6,400 nt of DNA from Octopus sinensis (taxonomy: Eukaryota). The position numbers were made by a program, and so were the translations under genes. The stretch lies in assembly GCF_006345805.1 (NCBI RefSeq), contig NW_021829356.1:1-6400 (forward strand). Direction: 5' to 3'. Position 1 is the first letter of the stretch. Each line of letters opens with the position of its first letter. This document shows, in pieces, positions 1-6,332 of the stretch. The notes under the pieces were generated by a model. It worked only from the letters and a program-made list of their open reading frames with translations. It was not told where the DNA came from and made no database searches.

Positions 1-120
1 CACTTATTACAAGAACCACCGCCAACAACAACGGCACTTATTACAAGAACCACCGCCAACAACAACGGCACTTATTACAACAACCACCGCCAACAACAAC
101 GGCACTTATTACAACAACCA
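1..120 (+). repeat. 34-bp minisatellite, about 3.5 copies (CACTTATTACAA[G/C]AACCACCGCCAACAACAACGG); may extend past the window start
   Basis: Units start at 1, 35, 69 and 103. Copies 1 and 2 are identical, copy 3 has one substitution, and copy 4 decays after about 120. The period is not a multiple of 3. Confidence 0.95.
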
Positions 121-180
121 CAGCAAAGATAGCCATCTATTGCAAATGCAACATCAACAACAATAACAGCGATTTTTATT

Positions 181-281
181 ACAGCAACCACCACACACTA
201 CCACCTCCAATACCACAAAAGCAACGGCATTTATTACAACAACCACTACTACAAAAACAGTGGCAGCCACAGCAACTGCTG

Positions 282-312
<31 letters not shown>

Positions 313-1135
313 TACTACTATTGCCACTATTACTATTACCATGAATGCTATTATTACCACTACTATTATTACCACTATTACTACTGCCACAAATACTACT
401 ATTCCCTCTACTACTATTACAACAAACACCACCACTACCACTACCAACACCACAAGAACAACGGCACTTATTACAGCAACCACCACTACAGAAACAGCGG
501 CACAACGGCAACTGATGCTACTACTACTACTACTACTATACCACTACTACTATTGCCACTATTACTACTACCCTGATGTAATCTCCAGGGATACAGGCAT
601 CCAGCAACAGGACCTCCGTAATGCTATGATGGACCGTGAAGTCTGGCGCAACATGGTAAATTCCATTGTCTCGACCACGGTCGAACAATGATGATGATGA
701 TGATTACTACTACCACAAATACTACTGTTACCACTACTACTATTACCACTATTACTACTGCCACAAATACTAATATTACCACTACTACTATTACCACTAT
801 TACTACTGCCACAAATACTACTATTACCAGTACTACTATTACAACAACCACCACCAGTACCCCCTCCAACACCACAAGAACAACGGCACTTATTACAACA
901 ACTACCAGAACAAAAACAGCGGTCTCTATTATAACTGCAACTACTACAACTACTACTACCACCACCACTACTATTACAAATAATACTATTACCACCGATA
1001 CTACTATTACTACAGCCGGCACCACTACTACTACTACTACTACAGCTGGTATGGTGGCGTCTGATACAACAAAAAGAGCAACTCCGGCAGCTAACTTGGG
1101 TACAACAACAACAGCAACAACAATAACAATAATAA
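181..1135 (+). repeat. Degenerate ACT/ACC/ACA/ATT triplet array with a higher-order repeat of about 240-280 bp, interrupted at 573-702
   Basis: The anchor CAACGGCA(C/T)TTATTACA recurs with ACGGCA at 224, 461 and 883. The sub-unit CCACTATTACTACTGCCACAAATACTA occurs at 372, 746 and 794. This array produces the Thr-, Val- and Leu-rich ORFs in the track. Confidence 0.85.
573..702 (+). mobile_element. 5'-truncated RTE-clade LINE 3' fragment (ORF C-terminus, stop codon and (TGA)n tail) with 12-bp target-site duplication
   Basis: Translates as (Y)PDVISRDTGIQQQDLRNAMMDREVWRNMVNSIVSTTVEQ*, which matches the RTE C-terminal pattern DL..AM.DR..WR..V. The stop TGA at 689-691 is the first of five TGA units (689-703). 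ATTACTACTACC flanks the insert at 561-572 and 703-714. Confidence 0.85.
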
Positions 1136-1141
1136 TAAAGA

Positions 1142-1171
<30 letters not shown>
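1142..1171 (+). repeat. (AAT)10 microsatellite
   Basis: Perfect AAT run read directly. Confidence 0.95.
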
Positions 1172-1175
<4 letters not shown>

Positions 1176-1192
1176 CAAAATATAATAAGTTT

Positions 1193-1221
1193 AACAACAA
1201 CAACAACAACAGCAACAACAA
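1193..1221 (+). repeat. (AAC)n microsatellite
   Basis: AAC run with one AGC interruption. Confidence 0.9.
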
Positions 1222-1419
1222 TTAGAGCATGATATTTGAAACCTGTAAAAGTCGGTCTTAATTTCGGTTGTTATCGAAATTATATCGAATGGGATAATGT
1301 ATAGCAACAACAAATGTATACATCAAACGAAAGGTGTGTATGGGTTTGCCTATAAAGCACACACACCCCACTATGCACATATATACACCCATGTTCACAC
1401 AGCTAAATATGCTTTAATG

Positions 1420-1565
1420 TACATATATATATATTTGTGTTTATATTTGTGTTTATATAAAATTTTTGTTATAAACATACAAGTGTATATAAATATATAT
1501 ATATATAAATAATATATATAATACATATATATATATATTATATATATATAATATATATATTAATA

Positions 1566-1601
<36 letters not shown>

Positions 1602-1859
1602 CTATCGCTAGACATACAAATTCAGAAATACATTTAGACAAACAAACACACAAACACACAAACACAAACATACATGTGATATATATATATATATATATAT
1701 AAGTATATATATAATATACTTATGCCTACAAATGTAGTTTAATATACATGTTATAAATGTAATATATACATATATACATATACATAATGTAAACATACAT
1801 ATATGTATATGTATGTGTATATGTATACAATATACATATACTTACATATATGATAAGTA

Positions 1860-1890
<31 letters not shown>

Positions 1891-2106
1891 GATATATATA
1901 TATATATATATGTACATAGAACATTAACGACATATACACATATATTCATACACAAACAAATATATGTTTATAGTATATATTGTATATATATGTATATATA
2001 TATACGTACATATATATTTATATACAAAGATACATTAAACACATAATATACACATATATTCATATACAAACAAATATATGCTTTTATAGTAATATATATA
2101 TATATC

Positions 2107-2155
<49 letters not shown>

Positions 2156-2240
2156 CGTACATATGTATTTATAGGCATAGATACATTAAAGACATACACA
2201 CATATATTCATATACAAACAAATATATGTTTATAGTTATA
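1420..2240. repeat. (TA)n-rich low-complexity tract containing three copies of a 60-66 bp motif
   Basis: Long TA runs. The motif CA(T/A)AGA(T)ACATTAA...CACATATATTCATA(C/T)ACAAACAAATATATG(C)TTT(T)ATAGT occurs at about 1915-1974, 2025-2090 and 2177-2236. Confidence 0.85.
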
Positions 2241-2563
2241 TATGGTGTCAGACGTGCTCCGAGGTTACTAATGTAATAAGGTTTTTCTCTATTCGCGTGA
2301 TATAAACTGTAAAATTCAAACATTAATGTAATAATGTTATATCCACATACATATATATATATGTATATATACATGAATGTATGTGCTTATATTATAGACG
2401 TGTGTATGTATGTATATGTGTATATATGTGTGTATATATGGTGTGATGTCATTTATTTTAGTGTAAACTACATAAATAGTCATCACATTAGTACATTAGC
2501 GAATAAGCGCTTTTGAGGGAACGTAATTGACTGCGTGTGGGAGGGTATCATCTCTGCCAGGAC

Positions 2564-2670
2564 ACACAGACACACGCGCGCATACACACGCACGCGCGCG
2601 CACACACACGCCCGCGCGAACACAGATGCGCGCTCACACGCACTCACACGCACTCACACGCGCATACACA
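2564..2670. repeat. (CA)n/(CG)n alternating purine-pyrimidine microsatellite
   Basis: CACACGCGCGCATACACACGCACGCGCGCGCACACACACG... read directly. Confidence 0.85.
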
Positions 2671-2705
2671 AACACATATATATATATATATAAACATATA
2701 TATAG

Positions 2706-2803
2706 ATATGCATGGACGTATATGTACATATACATATATACATAAATATATATACGTATGTATATATATGTATATATATCTCTATACATATATGTAGATA
2801 TGT

Positions 2804-2835
<32 letters not shown>

Positions 2836-2956
2836 TATATATATATATATATGCATGGACGTATATGTATATACACACATATTTCTAAATATATATGTAT
2901 GTATATGTATATATCTATATATATCTCTATACATATATGTAGATATGTACACACGC

Positions 2957-2989
<33 letters not shown>

Positions 2990-2990
2990 C
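2706..2990 (+). repeat. Tandem duplication of about 143-145 bp embedded in TA/CA microsatellite
   Basis: ATGCATGGACGTATATGTA at 2708 and 2851; ATCTCTATACATATATGTAGATATGTACACAC at 2778 and 2923. Confidence 0.85.
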
Positions 2991-3369
2991 ATATATATGT
3001 ACACATATATATTATATATAAATACATACACATATATATATGTATGTATACATGTATATACACACACGTATGTGTATATGTATTGATATATAAAATACTA
3101 AGAGCTTTTGAGTAAGAATAATTGACTATTTACACACATACACAGATGCGTGAGCACACACACACACACATACACAAACATACACACACGCGCGCGCACA
3201 CGCATATACATACATATATGTTTACATAAGAATTTATCGTTTTTTAATACCCCATATTTGATAATATATGTATGTACACAGAATCCTCCTCATGTTGCCT
3301 ATGTGTTTATGCGTATATGAACATAGAAGTGTATGTATATTATATATATATATTATATATATATATATA

Positions 3370-3408
<39 letters not shown>

Positions 3409-3724
3409 CATCACACCACAGATACATACCTATTATATACATATATATATATATATACACACATACAGGCCTATAGCTAGATACATGTGTATAAACATGT
3501 ACTCACTAGCTTATATGTAAGCATTGATTTATATACACTCCCCTATAGAGCAACAATTAATGTTGGTGCTAAATAATAAAAATGAATGCGTACATATACA
3601 TATACACACACACATACACATACATTTATGCATATATATATATATTTATTTATTTACACACACACACATATATATATATGCATATAAATATGATTATACA
3701 TATATATATGTATATAGATACATA

Positions 3725-3755
<31 letters not shown>

Positions 3756-4110
3756 ATATATATAATATATATATATACATGTATGTATATATACACACAT
3801 ATATTTTTTATTAATTCAACTAGTCGTACAAGGAATTTATTTAATCGCTCGACTTATGAGGTCATAATATATATATATATATATATACACATATATATAT
3901 ATATATATATACATATATATACATACATACATACATACATACATACTACATACATACATACATACATACATCATATATGTATGCGTGTATATGTGTATAA
4001 GTGTGAATCAATACCTGTTTATATATGTGTATATATATATATATATATGTATGTATGAATATATATATGTATATATATATATATATATATATACTAACAC
4101 ACACATATAC
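2990..4110. repeat. Mosaic of (TA)n, (CA)n and (CATA)n microsatellites with short unique islands
   Basis: Multiple TA runs (e.g. about 3340-3405, 3715-3780, 3867-3920, 4020-4092) and a CATA run (about 3920-3970). These produce the I/Y/H/T-rich ORFs. Confidence 0.85.
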
Positions 4111-4403
4111 ATGTTCATTCGGATATGTTAATTATAAAAAGAAATATATCATTATTGTATATATTTTTATTATAACGAAAAAAATTGTTTTGTGCAAAGC
4201 AATTAACACGGAGCTCAACAGAGGTGAAAAAAACAAGCTTATTTAATAAGACACTAATATGGTATTACTATTATAATGCATAGTCACGTGAAGATAGAAC
4301 CAAACTATATACTCAGATGTATATATATATAACACTTTTCAGATATACACAGGATATTCGCATGTTTTTTTGTAGTTAGAGAATGTATACAATCGACAAC
4401 ATA

Positions 4404-4565
4404 GAAATGGTTGTTTGGTTAAGGACCACGGATTGTAGACAGGTGGTATGTCGTTCAGTCTTACTGTAGGTATCTTACACCCATGTTGTCCGAAACACTC
4501 TCGGGCCCACCGTTGCTTGTGGCAGCATTTGGGGGATGGAAACCCGTCAACGTTCCTGTCATATA
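4404..4565 (+). mobile_element. Highly diverged relative of the SINE head module at 5007-5170
   Basis: Colinear anchors versus the 5007 copy: TGGTTGTTTGGT/TGGCTGTGTGGT (4408/5017), GTTCAGTCTTACTG/GTTCAGTCCCACTG (4453/5061), CTCGGGCCCACC/CTCCGGCCGACC (4499/5109), ATTTGG (4527/5137), GGAAAC (4538/5148). Anchor spacings are 45/44, 46/48, 28/28 and 11/11, and both are followed by a microsatellite. Confidence 0.65.
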
Positions 4566-4624
4566 CACACATACATACATACATACATACATACATACAT
4601 ACGTACATATATACACGCATACAT

Positions 4625-4709
<85 letters not shown>

Positions 4710-4720
4710 TATATATACAT
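4562..4720. repeat. Compound (CATA)n-(CA)n-(TA)n microsatellite
   Basis: Read directly. It follows the diverged SINE head, as the internal microsatellite does in the other copies. Confidence 0.95.
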
Positions 4721-4763
4721 TCTACAATAATATGTATATTATTATTGATAATATATTATGTAT

Positions 4764-4913
4764 GTACCGGAGTAAACACATAAATGTGAAACAGGTGGAA
4801 AAAATAGTACTCAAATACCAGTGGTAGAGTAATATGCTTTATTTAAAAGCAGCAAAAAATTCAACAAAACCTGTTACTCTGAGTTTCCCGTTGCCGTTCA
4901 TCGGACAGATTTT
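4764..4913 (-). mobile_element. Putative Penelope-like element (PLE) pseudo-LTR / 3' end: hammerhead motif, then AATAAA, then a structured tail
   Basis: The minus strand reads as a hammerhead-like fold (4913-4866), then AATAAA (plus-strand TTTATT at 4838-4843), then about 75 nt of non-repetitive sequence ending at GTACC (4764). An inverted partial copy is adjacent. No RT or GIY-YIG ORF is in the window, so the family call is an inference, and the left boundary is approximate. Confidence 0.6.
4866..4913 (-). ncRNA. Minimal type I hammerhead ribozyme-like motif (variant core)
   Basis: Minus strand: AAAAUCUGU (helix I 5') - CCGAUGA - ACG GCAA CGG - GAAA - CUCAGAGU A - ACAGGUUUU (helix I 3'; 9 bp including one G-U). 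Predicted GUA cleavage lies between plus-strand coordinates 4875 and 4874. Deviations from consensus are U4C and an A10.1-G11.1 mismatch. Confidence 0.7.
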
Positions 4914-4919
4914 CTTGCA

Positions 4920-4966
4920 AAAACTGTCCGATGAACGGCAACGGGAAACTCAGAGTAACAGGTTTT
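4920..4966 (+). ncRNA. Minimal type I hammerhead ribozyme-like motif (variant core)
   Basis: AAAACUGU (4920-4927) - CCGAUGA (4928-4934) - helix II with GCAA tetraloop (4935-4944) - GAAA (4945-4948) - helix III ACUC-A-GAGU (4948-4956) - A17 at 4957 - ACAG-G-UUUU (4958-4966), which pairs back to 4920-4927 with one bulged G. Confidence 0.65.
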
Positions 4967-4999
4967 GTTGAATTCTCTGCTGCTTTAAATAAAGTATAT
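4920..4999 (+). mobile_element. Inverted partial copy of the putative PLE pseudo-LTR
   Basis: 4924-4974 is the exact reverse complement of 4858-4908. 4975-4999 matches 4832-4857 with 3 substitutions and 1 indel. AATAAA at 4988-4993. Confidence 0.6.
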
Positions 5000-5006
5000 A
5001 TATATA

Positions 5007-5410
5007 GGCGCAGAAGTGGCTGTGTGGTAAGTAGCTTGCTTACCAACCACATGATTGCGGGTTCAGTCCCACTGCATGACACTTTGGGCAAGTGTCTTCT
5101 ACTATAGCCTCCGGCCGACCAAAGCCTTGTGAGTGGATTTGGTAGACGGAAACTGAAAGAAGCCCCTAGTATATATGTATATATATATGTATGTGTGATT
5201 GTGTGTGTGTTTGTCCCCCCAGCATTGCTTGACAACAGATGCTGGTGTGTTTATGTCCCCGTCACTTAGCGGTTCGGCAAAAGAGACCAATAGAATAAGT
5301 ACTAGGCTTACAAAGAATAAGTCTCGGGGTCAAATGCTCGACTAAAGGCGGTGTTCCAGCATGGCCGCAGTCTAATGACTGAAACAAGTAAAAGAGTAAA
5401 AGAGTAAAAG

Positions 5411-5411
<1 letters not shown>
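5007..5411 (+). mobile_element. Near full-length tRNA-derived bipartite SINE (octopus-type family)
   Basis: Pol III A-box-like TGGCTGTGTGG (5017-5027) and B-box-like GGTTCAGTCCC (5060-5070). The head module ends GGAAACTGAAAGAAGCCC, followed by an internal TA/TG microsatellite (about 5170-5210). The second module ends CCAGCATGGCCGCAG...TGACTGAAACAAG with a (TAAAAGAG)n tail. A homologous copy lies at 5488-5996. Confidence 0.9.
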
Positions 5412-5453
<42 letters not shown>

Positions 5454-5487
5454 ATAATATCTATATGTATATATATTTATATATACA

Positions 5488-5785
5488 TTCTTTTATTCTT
5501 TTCGGTCATTTGACTGCGGCCATGCTGGAGCACCGGCTTCGGGCGAAGAAATCGGCCGCAGGACTAATTCTTTGTAAGCCTGGTACTTATTCTCTCGGGC
5601 GCGCTTTTCTGAACTGATAAGTCACTGGGACGCAAACACACCAACATAGGTTACCAAACGATGGTTGTGGAGGGGGAAAACACTGACCCACAAATACATA
5701 CATACACACAAACATGCACACATACATCATACATACATACACACATACACACATACATACACACAAACATACACACATACATACA

Positions 5786-5819
<34 letters not shown>

Positions 5820-5996
5820 CACATATATATATATACTACGGGCTTCTTTCAGTTTCCGTCCACCAAATCCACTCACAAGGCTTTGGTCGGCCCGAGGCTA
5901 TAGTAGAAGACACTTGCCCAAGGTGCCACGCAGTGGGACTGAACCCAGAGCCATATGGTTGGGGAGCAAGTTTCCTACCATACAGCCACTTCTGCG
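5488..5996 (-). mobile_element. Second copy of the same SINE, opposite orientation, with an expanded internal (CATA/CA)n tract
   Basis: The reverse complement of 5836-5996 differs from the 5009-5170 head at about 17 of about 160 positions (hand count). The tail motif GGTCATTTGACTGCGGCCATGCTGGAGCACC is at 5504-5534, and the internal microsatellite is at about 5690-5835. Confidence 0.9.
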
Positions 5997-6041
5997 AGTA
6001 ACATATATATATATATATATATATATATGTCACAACTTAAT

Positions 6042-6175
6042 CGTTTGATAACCAGTGTTGGTTTGGTTCTGTTCTGTTCTTAGAGAAATCAGTAGCGCTG
6101 ACTGATTTGCTTGACTAAAACGGTTCCCGGGGTTGCTCCGGCATGGCCGCAATCTAATGACCGAAACACGTGAAA
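6042..6175 (+). mobile_element. Diverged 3'-module fragment of the same SINE family
   Basis: CGTTTGATAACCAGTGTTGGT resembles TGCTTGACAACAGATGCTGGT (about 5227). GATTTGCTTGACTAAA and GCTCCGGCATGGCCGCAATCTAATGACCGAAAC resemble the tail at 5335-5385. Confidence 0.7.
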
Positions 6176-6210
6176 TACGGAAAATATTTATACCCTTTAC
6201 CACTTTGCAT

Positions 6211-6247
6211 GGTTTCAGCTCGGGAGCTGCGGCCATGCTGTAGCACT
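6211..6247 (-). mobile_element. Short SINE tail fragment
   Basis: The reverse complement AGTGCTACAGCATGGCCGCAGCTCCCGAGCTGAAACC matches the tail motif GGTGCTCCAGCATGGCCGCAG...CTGAAAC. Confidence 0.6.
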
Positions 6248-6332
6248 AACGTCTTTCTCTCTTAAAAAGGTCCATCAAATAAGTGTGTATTTTATAGCAA
6301 AATTTAAGACCCATTTCACTTCTTACGGCAAC

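Noticed and set aside
154-1221. ORFs 154-486, 179-511, 568-1221 and 624-1178 (-), 260-691 and 688-1146 (+) as genes
   Set aside because: They are alternative readings of one triplet array (poly-V, S, L or T). The only protein-like segment is the RTE C-terminal remnant.
1259-1282. Small hairpin TAATTTCGGT-TGTT-ATCGAAATTA
   Set aside because: A 10-bp AT-rich stem with one wobble is plausible by chance in 6.4 kb, and there is no supporting context.
1328-1340. TATA box (CTATAAAG)
   Set aside because: TATA-like strings are ubiquitous here and no downstream gene is evident.
1915-2236. CRISPR-like repeat-spacer array
   Set aside because: Context is eukaryotic, repeats are about 60 bp and degenerate, spacers are (TA)n, and there are no cas genes.
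2455-2528. Possible 61-nt exon (TTTTAG acceptor ... GTAATT donor)
   Set aside because: All three frames contain stop codons, and such splice-like motifs are frequent in AT-rich DNA.
1297-4827. Numerous I/Y/H/T/C/V-rich ORFs
   Set aside because: They are translations of (TA)n, (CA)n and (CATA)n repeats, which lack stops in some frames. No domain-like sequence is present.
4832-4999. Rho-independent terminator or classical MITE
   Set aside because: The context is not prokaryotic. Arms are unequal (the left continues about 70 nt further), no TSD is discernible in the TA flanks, and the hammerhead plus AATAAA content fits a PLE end better.
5007-5082. tRNA gene
   Set aside because: It has A/B-box-like motifs but no convincing cloverleaf, and it continues directly into SINE body sequence present in other copies.
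5372-5392. CTAATGA-CT-GAAAC-AA-GTA in the SINE tail resembling an ultra-minimal hammerhead core
   Set aside because: The essential G5 is absent, helix II is missing, flanks do not form helix I, and the other copies (5501-5512, 6154-6172) do not preserve the pattern.
4861-6236. ORFs overlapping the SINEs (e.g. ...ASFSFRLPNPLTRLWSAGGYSRRHLPKV...)
   Set aside because: They are antisense or sense readings of SINE sequence, found in both copies. Such peptides often appear as spurious predicted proteins.
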